Assembly: GCA_964057225.1 (NCBI GenBank)
Contig: OZ059894.1
Coordinates: 19,654,001 to 19,718,000, forward strand
Length of the DNA stretch: 64,000 bases
Origin: Auanema rhodensis
Taxonomy: Eukaryota; Animalia; Nematoda
Direction: 5' to 3'
Shown in pieces: positions 11,233 through 25,400 of this stretch. Position numbers and translations under genes: made by a program. The notes under the pieces are model-generated. The model saw only the letters and a program-made list of their open reading frames with translations, searched no databases and was not told the origin of the DNA. Position 1 is the first letter of the stretch; each line of letters starts with the position of its first letter.

Positions 11233-14200
11233 TACATTGAGAAACGCTCAATACAAAAATTAGTTATGATCGTTTGAAAAATGATGCATTAGTGTATGTT
11301 GAGTTTCCATGTACACTCAACATTGCTTCCAAAAACATTTTGACAAAAATTTTTTCGAGAAATTTCAAAATAATTTAGCAAAAAGTAGATGTTTTTAGAT
11401 TCCTTTTTTCAAGGCAAAGACGATGGACAATGTTATTCAACGAAAAAATTAATTCTTCAGGGTGAAAATCGAGGATATAAGTGTGAACTTATATCAGTTG
11501 ATATCTCGGTGCATTTTTAAGCTAGCGCAAATCTGATAACACAGAACGACGCAGCTTAAAAATCCGCATCGAATGCACTATACTACATTGAGAAACGCTT
11601 AATACAAAAATTAGTTATGATCGTTTGAAAAATGATGCATTAGTGTATGTTGAGTTTCCATGTACACTCAACATTGCTTCCAAAAACATTTTGACAAAAA
11701 TTTTTTCGAGAAATTTCAAAATAATTTAGCAAAAAGTAGATGTTTTTAGATTCCTTTTTTCAAGGCAAAGACGATGGACAATGTTATTCAACGAAAAAAT
11801 TAATTCTTCAGGGTGAAAATCGAGGATATAAGTGTGAACTTATATCAGTTGATATCTCGGTGCATTTTTAAGCTAGCGCAAATCTGATAACACAGATCGA
11901 CGCAGCTTAAAAATCCGCATCGAATGCACTATACTACATTGAGAAACGCTTAATACAAAAATTAGTTATGATCGTTTGAAAAATGATGCATTAGTGTATG
12001 TTGAGTTTCCATGTACACTCAACATTGCTTCCAAAAACATTTTGACAAAAATTTTTTCGAGAAATTTCAAAATAATTTAGCAAAAAGTAGATGTTTTTAG
12101 ATTCCTTTTTTCAAGGCAAAGACGATGGACAATGTTATTCAACGAAAAAATTAATTCTTCAGGGTGAAAATCGAGGATATAAGTGTGAACTTATATCAGT
12201 TGATATCTCGGTGCATTTTTAAGCTAGCGCAAATCTGATAACACAGAACGACGCAGCTTAAAAATCCGCATCGAATGCACTATACTACATTGAGAAACGC
12301 TTAATATAAAAATTAGTTATGATCGTTTGAAAAATGATGCATTAGTGTATGTTGAGTTTCCATGTACACTCAACATTGCTTCCAAAAACATTTTGACAAA
12401 AATTTTTTCGAGAAATTTCAAAATAATTTAGCAAAAAGTAGATGTTTTTAGATTCCTTTTTTCAAGGCAAAGACGATGGACAATGTTATTCAACGAAAAA
12501 ATTAATTCTTCAGGGTGAAAATCGAGGATATAAGTGTGAACTTATATCAGTTGATATCTCGGTGCATTTTTAAGCTAGCGCAAATCTGATAACACAGAAC
12601 GACGCAGCTTAAAAATCCGCATCGAATGCACTATACTACATTGAGAAACGCTTAATACAAAAATTAGTTATGATCGTTTGAAAAATGATGCATTAGTGTA
12701 TGTTGAGTTTCCATGTACACTCAACATTGCTTCCAAAAACATTTTGACAAAAATTTTTTCGAGAAATTTCAAAATAATTTAGCAAAAAGTAGATGTTTTT
12801 AGATTCCTTTTTTCAAGGCAAAGACGATGGACAATGTTATTCAACGAAAAAATTAATTCTTCAGGGTGAAAATCGAGGATATAAGTGTGAACTTATATCA
12901 GTTGATATCTCGGTGCATTTTTAAGCTAGCGCAAATCTGATAACACAGATCGACGCAGCTTAAAAATCCGCATCGAATGCACTATACTACATTGAGAAAC
13001 GCTTAATACAAAAATTAGTTATGATCGTTTGAAAAATGATGCATTAGTGTATGTTGAGTTTCCATGTACACTCAACATTGCTTCCAAAAACATTTTGACA
13101 AAAATTTTTTCGAGAAATTTCAAAATAATTTAGCAAAAAGTAGATGTTTTTAGATTCCTTTTTTCAAGGCAAAGACGATGGACAATGTTATTCAACGAAA
13201 AAATTAATTCTTCAGGGTGAAAATCGAGGATATAAGTGTGAACTTATATCAGTTGATATCTCGGTGCATTTTTAAGCTAGCGCAAATCTGATAACACAGA
13301 ACGACGCAGCTTAAAAATCCGCATCGAATGCACTATACTACATTGAGAAACGCTTAATACAAAAATTAGTTATGATCGTTTGAAAAATGATGCATTAGTG
13401 TATGTTGAGTTTCCATGTACACTCAACATTGCTTCCAAAAACATTTTGACAAAAATTTTTTCGAGAAATTTCAAAATAATTTAGCAAAAAGTAGATGTTT
13501 TTAGATTCCTTTTTTCAAGGCAAAGACGATGGACAATGTTATTCAACGAAAAAATTAATTCTTCAGGGTGAAAATCGAGGATATAAGTGTGAACTTATAT
13601 CAGTTGATATCTCGGTGCATTTTTAAGCTAGCGCAAATCTGATAACACAGATCGACGCAGCTTAAAAATCCGCATCGAATGCACTATACTACATTGAGAA
13701 ACGCTTAATACAAAAATTAGTTATGATCGTTTGAAAAATGATGCATTAGTGTATGTTGAGTTTCCATGTACACTCAACATTGCTTCCAAAAACATTTTGA
13801 CAAAAATTTTTTCGAGAAATTTCAAAATAATTTAGCAAAAAGTAGATGTTTTTAGATTCCTTTTTTCAAGGCAAAGACGATGGACAATGTTATTCAACGA
13901 AAAAATTAATTCTTCAGGGTGAAAATCGAGGATATAAGTGTGAACTTATATCAGTTGATATCTCGGTGCATTTTTAAGCTAGCGCAAATCTGATAACATA
14001 GATCGACGCAGCTTAAAAATCCGCATCGAATGCACTATACTACATTGAGAAACGCTTAATACAAAAATTAGTTATGATCGTTTGAAAAATGATGCATTAG
14101 TGTATGTTGAGTTTCCATGTACACTCAACATTGCTTCCAAAAACATTTTGACAAAAATTTTTTCGAGAAATTTCAAAATAATTTAGCAAAAAGTAGATGT

Positions 14201-17200
14201 TTTTAGATTCCTTTTTTCAAGGCAAAGACGATGGACAATGTTATTCAACGAAAAAATTAATTCTTTAGGGTGAAAATCGAGGATATAAGTGTGAACTTAT
14301 ATCAGTTGATATCTCGGTGCATTTTTAAGCTAGCGCAAATCTGATAACACAGAACGACGCAGCTTAAAAATCCGCATCGAATGCACTATACTACATTGAG
14401 AAACGCTTAATACAAAAATTAGTTATGATCGTTTGAAAAATGATGCATTAGTGTATGTTGAGTTTCCATGTACACTCAACATTGCTTCCAAAAACATTTT
14501 GACAAAATTTTTTTCGAGAAATTTCAAAATAATTTAGCAAAAAGTAGATGTTTTTAGATTCCTTTTTTCAAGGCAAAGACGATGGACAATGTTATTCAAC
14601 GAAAAAATTAATTCTTCAGGGTGAAAATCGAGGATATAAGTGTGAACTTATATCAGTTGATATCTCGGTGCATTTTTAAGCTAGCGCAAATCTGATAACA
14701 CAGAACGACGCAGCTTAAAAATCCGCATCGAATGCACTATACTACATTGAGAAACGCTTAATACAAAAATTAGTTATGATCGTTTGAAAAATGATGCATT
14801 AGTGTATGTTGAGTTTCCATGTACACTCAACATTGCTTCCAAAAACATTTTGACAAAAATTTTTTCGAGAAATTTCAAAATAATTTAGCAAAAAGTAGAT
14901 GTTTTTAGATTCCTTTTTTCAAGGCAAAGACGATGGACAATGTTATTCAACGAAAAAATTAATTCTTCAGGGTGAAAATCGAGGATATAAGTGTGAACTT
15001 ATATCAGTTGATATCTCGGTGCATTTTTAAGCTAGCGCAAATCTGATAACACAGATCGACGCAGCTTAAAAATCCGCATCGAATGCACTATACTACATTG
15101 AAAAACGCTTAATACAAAAATTAGTTATGATCGTTCGAAAAATGATGCATTAGTGTATGTTGAGTTTCCATGTACACTCAACATTGCTTCCAAAAACATT
15201 TTGACAAAAATTTTTTCGAAAAATTTCAAAATAATTTAGCAAAAAGTAGATGTTTTTAGATCCCATTTTTCAAGGCAAAGACGATGGACAATGTTATTCA
15301 ACGAAAAAATTAATTCTTCAGGGTGAAAATCGAGGATATAAGTGTGAACTTATATCAGTTGATATCTCAGTGCATTTTTAAGCTAGCGCAAATCTGATAA
15401 CACAGATCGACGCAGCTTAAAAATCCGCATCGAATGCACTATACTACATTGAGAAACGCTCAATACAAAAATTAGTTATGATCGTTTGAAAAATGATGCA
15501 TTAGTGTATGTTGAGTTTCCATGTACACTCAACATTGCTTCCAAAAACATTTTGACAAAAATTTTTTCGAGAAATTTCAAAATAATTTAGCAAAAAGTAG
15601 ATGTTTTTAGATTCCTTTTTTCAAGGCAAAGACGATGGACAATGTTATTCAACGAAAAAATTAATTCTTCAGGGTGAAAATCGAGGATATAAGTGTGAAC
15701 TTATATCAGTTGATATCTCGGTGCATTTTTAAGCTAGCGCAAATCTGATAACACAGATCGACGCAGCTTAAAAATCCGCATCGAATGCACTATACTACAT
15801 TGAGAAACGCTTAATACAAAAATTAGTTATGATCGTTTGAAAAATGATGCATTAGTGTATGTTGAGTTTCCATGTACACTCAACATTGCTTCCAAAAACA
15901 TTTTGACAAAAATTTTTTCGAGAAATTTCAAAATAATTTAGCAAAAAGTAGATGTTTTTAGATTCTTTTTTTCAAAGCAAAGACGATGGACAATGTTATT
16001 CAACGAAAAAATTAATTCTTCAGGGTGAAAATCGAGGATATAAGTGTGAACTTATATCAGTTGATATCTCGGTGCATTTTTAAGCTAGCGCAAATCTGAT
16101 AACACAGATCGACGCAGCTTAAAAATCCGCATCGAATGCACTATACTACATTGAGAAACGCTTAATACAAAAATTAGTTATGATCGTTTGAAAAATGATG
16201 CATTAGTGTATGTTGAGTTTCCATGTACACTCAACATTGCTTCCAAAAACATTTTGACAAAAATTTTTTCGAGAAATTTCAAAATAATTTAGCAAAAAGT
16301 AGATGTTTTTAGATTCCTTTTTTCAAGGCAAAGACGATGGACAATGTTATTCAACGAAAAAATTAATTCTTTAGGGTGAAAATCGAGGATATAAGTGTGA
16401 ACTTATATCAGTTGATATCTCGGTGCATTTTTAAGCTAGCGCAAATCTGATAACACAGAACGACGCAGCTTAAAAATCCGCATCGAATGCACTATACTAC
16501 ATTGAGAAACGCTTAATACAAAAATTAGTTATGATCGTTTGAAAAATGATGCATTAGTGTATGTTGAGTTTCCATGTACACTCAACATTGCTTCCAAAAA
16601 AATTTTGACAAAAATTTTTTCGAGAAATTTCAAAATAATTTAGCAAAAAGTAGATGTTTTTAGATTCCTTTTTTCAAGGCAAAGACGATGGACAATGTTA
16701 TTCAACGAAAAAATTAATTCTTCAGGGTGAAAATCGAGGATATAAGTGTGAACTTATATCAGTTGATATCTCGGTGCATTTTTAAGCTAGCGCAAATCTG
16801 ATAACACAGAACGACGCAGCTTAAAAATCCGCATCGAATGCACTATACTACATTGAGAAACGCTTAATACAAAAATTAGTTATGATCGTTTGAAAAATGA
16901 TGCATTAGTGTATGTTGAGTTTCCATGTACACTCAACATTGCTTCCAAAAACATTTTGACAAAAATTTTTTCGAGAAATTTCAAAATAATTTAGCAAAAA
17001 GTAGATGTTTTTAGATTCCTTTTTTCAAGGCAAAGACGATGGACAATGTTATTCAACGAAAAAATTAATTCTTCAGGGTGAAAATCGAGGATATAAGTGT
17101 GAACTTATATCAGTTGATATCTCGGTGCATTTTTAAGCTAGCGCAAATCTGATAACACAGAACGACGCAGCTTAAAAATCCGCATCGAATGCACTATACT

Positions 17201-18252
17201 ACATTGAGAAACGCTTAATACAAAAATTAGTTATGATCGTTTGAAAAATGATGCATTAGTGTATGTTGAGTTTCCATGTACACTCAACATTGCTTCCAAA
17301 AACATTTTGACAAAAATTTTTTCGAGAAATTTCAAAATAATTTAGCAAAAAGTAGATGTTTTTAGATTCCTTTTTTCAAGGCAAAGACGATGGACAATGT
17401 TATTCAACGAAAAAATTAATTCTTCAGGGTGAAAATCGAGGATATAAGTGTGAACTTATATCAGTTGATATCTCGGTGCATTTTTAAGCTAGCGCAAATC
17501 TGATAACACAGAACGACGCAGCTTAAAAATCCGCATCGAATGCACTATACTACATTGAGAAACGCTTAATACAAAAATTAGTTATGATCGTTTGAAAAAT
17601 GATGCATTAGTGTATGTTGAGTTTCCATGTACACTCAACATTGCTTCCAAAAACATTTTGACAAAAATTTTTTCGAGAAATTTCAAAATAATTTAGCAAA
17701 AAGTAGATGTTTTTAGATTCCTTTTTTCAAGGCAAAGACGATGGACAATGTTATTCAACGAAAAAATTAATTCTTCAGGGTGAAAATCGAGGATATAAGT
17801 GTGAACTTATATCAGTTGATATCTCGGTGCATTTTTAAGCTAGCGCAAATCTGATAACACAGAACGACGCAGCTTAAAAATCCGCATCGAATGCACTATA
17901 CTACATTGAGAAACGCTTAATACAAAAATTAGTTATGATCGTTTGAAAAATGATGCATTAGTGTATGTTGAGTTTCCATGTACACTCAACATTGCTTCCA
18001 AAAACATTTTGACAAAAATTTTTTCGAGAAATTTCAAAATAATTTAGCAAAAAGTAGATGTTTTTAGATTCCTTTTTTCAAGGCAAAGACGATGGACAAT
18101 GTTATTCAACGAAAAAATTAATTCTTCAGGGTGAAAATCGAGGATATAAGTGTGAACTTATATCAGTTGATATCTCGGTGCATTTTTAAGCTAGCGCAAA
18201 TCTGATAACACAGAACGACGCAGCTTAAAAATCCGCATCGAATGCACTATAC
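11233..18252. repeat. Homogeneous monomeric domain (CGAGAAATTTCAAAAT + CCTTTTTT haplotype)
   Basis: Nearly all of these 20 monomers share one haplotype; the four at 16849-18252 appear identical by eye. Confidence 0.85.
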
Positions 18253-21200
18253 TACATTGAGAAACGCTTAATACAAAAATTAGTTATGATCGTTTGAAAA
18301 ATGATGCATTAGTGTATGTTGAGTTTCCATGTACACTCAACATTGCTTCCAAAAACATTTTGACAAAAATTTTTTCGAGAACAAAATAATTTAGCAAAAA
18401 GTAGATGTTTTTAGATTCCTTTTTTCAAGGCAAAGACGATGGACAATGTTATTCAACGAAAAAATTAATTCTTCAGGGTGAAAATCGAGGATATAAGTGT
18501 GAACTTATATCAGTTGATATCTCGGTGCATTTTTAAGCTAGCGCAAATCTGATAACACAGATCGACGCAGCTTAAAAATCCGCATCGAATGCACTATACT
18601 ACATTGAGAAACGCTTAATACAAAAATTAGTTATGATCGTTTGAAAAATGATGCATTAGTGTATGTTGAGTTTCCATGTACACTCAACATTGCTTCCAAA
18701 AACATTTTGACAAAAATTTTTTCGAGAAATTTCAAAATAATTTAGCAAAAAGTAGATGTTTTTAGATTCCTTTTTTCAAAGCAAAGACGATGGACAATGT
18801 TATTCAACGAAAAAATTAATTCTTCAGGGTGAAAATCGAGGATATAAGTGTGAACTTATATCAGTTGATATCTCGGTGCATTTTTAAGCTAGCGCAAATC
18901 TGATAACACAGATCGACGCAGCTTAAAAATCCGCATCGAATGCACTATACTACATTGAGAAACGCTTAATACAAAAATTAGTTATGATCGTTTGAAAAAT
19001 GATGCATTAGTGTATGTTGAGTTTCCATGTACACTCAACATTGCTTCCAAAAACATTTTGACAAAAATTTTTTCGAGAAATTTCAAAATAATTTAGCAAA
19101 AAGTAGATGTTTTTAGATTCCATTTTTCAAGGCAAAGACGATGGACAATGTTATTCAACGAAAAAATTAATTCTTCAGGGTGAAAATCGAGGATATAAGT
19201 GTGAACTTATATCAGTTGATATCTCGGTGCATTTTTAAGCTAGCGCAAATCTGATAACACAGATCGACGCAGCTTAAAAATCCGCATCGAATGCACTATA
19301 CTCATTGAAAAACGCTTAATACAAAAATTAGTTATGATCGTTCGAAAAATGATGCATTAGTGTATGTTGAGTTTCCATGTACACTCAACATTGCTTCCAA
19401 AAACATTTTGACAAAAATTTTTTCGAAAAATTTCAAAATAATTTAGCAAAAAGTAGATGTTTTTAGATTCCATTTTTCAAGGCAAAGACGATGGACAATG
19501 TTATTCAACGAAAAAATTAATTCTTCAGGGTGAAAATCGAGGATATAAGTGTGAACTTATATCAGTTGATATCTCGGTGCATTTTTAAGCTAGCGCAAAT
19601 CTGATAACACAGATCGACGCAGCTTAAAAATCCGCATCGAATGCACTATACTACATTGAGAAACGCTTAATACAAAAATTAGTTATGATCGTTTGAAAAA
19701 TGATGCATTAGTGTATGTTGAGTTTCCATGTACACTCAACATTGCTTCCAAAAACATTTTGACAAAAATTTTTTCGAGAACAAAATAATTTAGCAAAAAG
19801 TAGATGTTTTTAGATTCCTTTTTTCAAGGCAAAGACGATGGACAATGTTATTCAACGAAAAAATTAATTCTTCAGGGTGAAAATCGAGGATATAAGTGTG
19901 AACTTATATCAGTTGATATCTCGGTGCATTTTTAAGCTAGCGCAAATCTGATAACACAGATCGACGCAGCTTAAAAATCCGCATCGAATGCACTATACTA
20001 CATTGAGAAACGCTTAATACAAAAATTAGTTATGATCGTTTGAAAAATGATGCATTAGTGTATGTTGAGTTTCCATGTACACTCAACATTGCTTCCAAAA
20101 ACATTTTGACAAAAATTTTTTCGAGAAATTTCAAAATAATTTAGCAAAAAGTAGATGTTTTTAGATTCCTTTTTTCAAGGCAAAGACGATGGACAATGTT
20201 ATTCAACGAAAAAATTAATTCTTCAGGGTGAAAATCGAGGATATAAGTGTGAACTTATATCAGTTGATATCTCGGTGCATTTTTAAGCTAGCGCAAATCT
20301 GATAACACAGATCGACGCAGCTTAAAAATCCGCATCGAATGCACTATACTACATTGAGAAACGCTTAATACAAAAATTAGTTATGATCGTTTGAAAAATG
20401 ATGCATTAGTGTATGTTGAGTTTCCATGTACACTCAACATTGCTTCCAAAAACATTTTGACAAAAATTTTTTCGAGAAATTTCAAAATAATTTAGCAAAA
20501 AGTAGATGTTTTTAGATTCCATTTTTCAAGGCAAAGACGATGGACAATGTTATTCAACGAAAAAATTAATTCTTCAGGGTGAAAATCGAGGATATAAGTG
20601 TGAACTTATATCAGTTGATATCTCGGTGCATTTTTAAGCTAGCGCAAATCTGATAACACAGATCGACGCAGCTTAAAAATCCGCATCGAATGCACTATAC
20701 TCATTGAAAAACGCTTAATACAAAAATTAGTTATGATCGTTCGAAAAATGATGCATTAGTGTATGTTGAGTTTCCATGTACACTCAACATTGCTTCCAAA
20801 AACATTTTGACAAAAATTTTTTCGAAAAATTTCAAAATAATTTAGCAAAAAGTAGATGTTTTTAGATTCCATTTTTCAAGGCAAAGACGATGGACAATGT
20901 TATTCAACGAAAAAATTAATTCTTCAGGGTGAAAATCGAGGATATAAGTGTGAACTTATATCAGTTGATATCTCGGTGCATTTTTAAGCTAGCGCAAATC
21001 TGATAACACAGATCGACGCAGCTTAAAAATCCGCATCGAATGCACTATACTACATTGAGAAACGCTTAATACAAAAATTAGTTATGATCGTTTGAAAAAT
21101 GATGCATTAGTGTATGTTGAGTTTCCATGTACACTCAACATTGCTTCCAAAAACATTTTGACAAAAATTTTTTCGAGAACAAAATAATTTAGCAAAAAGT

Positions 21201-22449
21201 AGATGTTTTTAGATTCCTTTTTTCAAGGCAAAGACGATGGACAATGTTATTCAACGAAAAAATTAATTCTTCAGGGTGAAAATCGAGGATATAAGTGTGA
21301 ACTTATATCAGTTGATATCTCGGTGCATTTTTAAGCTAGCGCAAATCTGATAACACAGATCGACGCAGCTTAAAAATCCGCATCGAATGCACTATACTAC
21401 ATTGAGAAACGCTTAATACAAAAATTAGTTATGATCGTTTGAAAAATGATGCATTAGTGTATGTTGAGTTTCCATGTACACTCAACATTGCTTCCAAAAA
21501 CATTTTGACAAAAATTTTTTCGAGAAATTTCAAAATAATTTAGCAAAAAGTAGATGTTTTTAGATTCCTTTTTTCAAGGCAAAGACGATGGACAATGTTA
21601 TTCAACGAAAAAATTAATTCTTCAGGGTGAAAATCGAGGATATAAGTGTGAACTTATATCAGTTGATATCTCGGTGCATTTTTAAGCTAGCGCAAATCTG
21701 ATAACACAGATCGACGCAGCTTAAAAATCCGCATCGAATGCACTATACTACATTGAGAAACGCTTAATACAAAAATTAGTTATGATCGTTTGAAAAATGA
21801 TGCATTAGTGTATGTTGAGTTTCCATGTACACTCAACATTGCTTCCAAAAACATTTTGACAAAAATTTTTTCGAGAAATTTCAAAATAATTTAGCAAAAA
21901 GTAGATGTTTTTAGATTCCATTTTTCAAGGCAAAGACGATGGACAATGTTATTCAACGAAAAAATTAATTCTTCAGGGTGAAAATCGAGGATATAAGTGT
22001 GAACTTATATCAGTTGATATCTCGGTGCATTTTTAAGCTAGCGCAAATCTGATAACACAGATCGACGCAGCTTAAAAATCCGCATCGAATGCACTATACT
22101 CATTGAAAAACGCTTAATACAAAAATTAGTTATGATCGTTCGAAAAATGATGCATTAGTGTATGTTGAGTTTCCATGTACACTCAACATTGCTTCCAAAA
22201 ACATTTTGACAAAAATTTTTTCGAAAAATTTCAAAATAATTTAGCAAAAAGTAGATGTTTTTAGATTCCATTTTTCAAGGCAAAGACGATGGACAATGTT
22301 ATTCAACGAAAAAATTAATTCTTCAGGGTGAAAATCGAGGATATAAGTGTGAACTTATATCAGTTGATATCTCGGTGCATTTTTAAGCTAGCGCAAATCT
22401 GATAACACAGATCGACGCAGCTTAAAAATCCGCATCGAATGCACTATAC
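18253..22449. repeat. 4-monomer higher-order repeat, 1399 bp x3
   Basis: 4-bp deletion (CGAGAA^CAAAAT) at ~18381, 19780 and 21179; 1-bp deletion (ACT^CATTG) at ~19302, 20701 and 22100. Both series are spaced 1399=4x351-5. Confidence 0.95.
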
Positions 22450-25400
22450 TACATTGAAAAACGCTTAATACAAAAATTAGTTATGATCGTTCGAAAAATG
22501 ATGCATTAGTGTATGTTGAGTTTCCATGTACACTCAACATTGCTTCCAAAAACATTTTGACAAAAATTTTTTCGAAAAATTTCAAAATAATTTAGCAAAA
22601 AGTAGATGTTTTTAGATTCCATTTTTCAAGGCAAAGACGATGGACAATGTTATTCAACGAAAAAATTAATTCTTCAGGGTGAAAATCGAGGATATAAGTG
22701 TGAACTTATATCAGTTGATATCTCGGTGCATTTTTAAGCTAGCGCAAATCTGATAACACAGATCGACGCAGCTTAAAAATCCGCATCGAATGCACTATAC
22801 TACATTGAGAAACGCTTAATACAAAAATTAGTTATGATCGTTTGAAAAATGATGCATTAGTGTATGTTGAGTTTCCATGTACACTCAACATTGCTTCCAA
22901 AAACATTTTGACAAAAATTTTTTCGAGAAATTTCAAAATAATTTAGCAAAAAGTAGATGTTTTTAGATTCCTTTTTTCAAGGCAAAGACGATGGACAATG
23001 TTATTCAACGAAAAAATTAATTCTTCAGGGTGAAAATCGAGGATATAAGTGTGAACTTATATCAGTTGATATCTCGGTGCATTTTTAAGCTAGCGCAAAT
23101 CTGATAACACAGATCGACGCAGCTTAAAAATCCGCATCGAATGCACTATACTACATTGAAAAACGCTTAATACAAAAATTAGTTATGATCGTTCGAAAAA
23201 TGATGCATTAGTGTATGTTGAGTTTCCATGTACACTCAACATTGCTTCCAAAAACATTTTGACAAAAATTTTTTCGAAAAATTTCAAAATAATTTAGCAA
23301 AAAGTAGATGTTTTTAGATTCCATTTTTCAAGGCAAAGACGATGGACAATGTTATTCAACGAAAAAATTAATTCTTCAGGGTGAAAATCGAGGATATAAG
23401 TGTGAACTTATATCAGTTGATATCTCGGTGCATTTTTAAGCTAGCGCAAATCTGATAACACAGATCGACGCAGCTTAAAAATCCGCATCGAATGCACTAT
23501 ACTACATTGAGAAACGCTTAATACAAAAATTAGTTATGATCGTTTGAAAAATGATGCATTAGTGTATGTTGAGTTTCCATGTACACTCAACATTGCTTCC
23601 AAAAACATTTTGACAAAAATTTTTTCGAGAAATTTCAAAATAATTTAGCAAAAAGTAGATGTTTTTAGATTCCTTTTTTCAAGGCAAAGACGATGGACAA
23701 TGTTATTCAACGAAAAAATTAATTCTTCAGGGTGAAAATCGAGGATATAAGTGTGAACTTATATCAGTTGATATCTCGGTGCATTTTTAAGCTAGCGCAA
23801 ATCTGATAACACAGATCGACGCAGCTTAAAAATCCGCATCGAATGCACTATACTACATTGAGAAACGCTTAATACAAAAATTAGTTATGATCGTTTGAAA
23901 AATGATGCATTAGTGTATGTTGAGTTTCCATGTACACTCAACATTGCTTCCAAAAACATTTTGACAAAAATTTTTTCGAAAAATTTCAGAATAATTTAGC
24001 AAAAAGTAGATGTTTTTAGATTCCATTTTTCAAGGCAAAGACGATGGACAATGTTATTCAACGAAAAAATTAATTCTTCAGGGTGAAAATCGAGGATATA
24101 AGTGTGAACTTATATCAGTTGATATCTCGGTGCATTTTTAAGCTAGCGCAAATCTGATAACACAGATCGACGCAGCTTAAAAATCCGCATCGAATGCACT
24201 ATACTACATTGAGAAACGCTTAATACAAAAATTAGTTATGATCGTTTGAAAAATGATGCATTAGTGTATGTTGAGTTTCCATGTACACTCAACATTGCTT
24301 CCAAAAACATTTTGACAAAAATTTTTTCGAGAAATTTCAAAATAATTTAGCAAAAAGTAGATGTTTTTAGATTCCTTTTTTCAAGGCAAAGACGATGGAC
24401 AATGTTATTCAACGAAAAAATTAATTCTTCAGGGTGAAAATCGAGGATATAAGTGTGAACTTATATCAGTTGATATCTCGGTGCATTTTTAAGCTAGCGC
24501 AAATCTGATAACACAGATCGACGCAGCTTAAAAATCCGCATCGAATGCACTATACTACATTGAGAAACGCTTAATACAAAAATTAGTTATGATCGTTTGA
24601 AAAATGATGCATTAGTGTATGTTGAGTTTCCATGTACACTCAACATTGCTTCCAAAAACATTTTGACAAAAATTTTTTCGAAAAATTTCAGAATAATTTA
24701 GCAAAAAGTAGATGTTTTTAGATTCCATTTTTCAAGGCAAAGACGATGGACAATGTTATTCAACGAAAAAATTAATTCTTCAGGGTGAAAATCGAGGATA
24801 TAAGTGTGAACTTATATCAGTTGATATCTCGGTGCATTTTTAAGCTAGCGCAAATCTGATAACACAGATCGACGCAGTTTAAAATCCGCATCGAATGCAC
24901 TATACTCATTGAAAAACGCTTAATAGAAAAATTAGTTATGATCGTTCGAAAAATGATGCATTAGTGTATGTTGAGTTTCCATGTACACTCAACATTGCTT
25001 CCAAAAACATTTTGACAAAAATTTTTTCGAAAAATTTCAAAATAATTTAGCAAAAAGTAGATGTTTTTAGATTCCATTTTTCAAGGCAAAGACGATGGAC
25101 AATGTTATTCAACGAAAAAATTAATTCTTCAGGGTGAAAATCGAGGATATAAGTGTGAACTTATATCAGTTGATATCTCGGTGCATTTTTAAGCTAGCGC
25201 AAATCTGATAACACAGATCGACGCAGCTTAAAAATCCGCATCGAATGCACTATACTACATTGAGAAACGCTTAATACAAAAATTAGTTATGATCGTTTGA
25301 AAAATGATGCATTAGTGTATGTTGAGTTTCCATGTACACTCAACATTGCTTCCAAAAACATTTTGACAAAAATTTTTTCGAGAAATTTCAAAATAATTTA

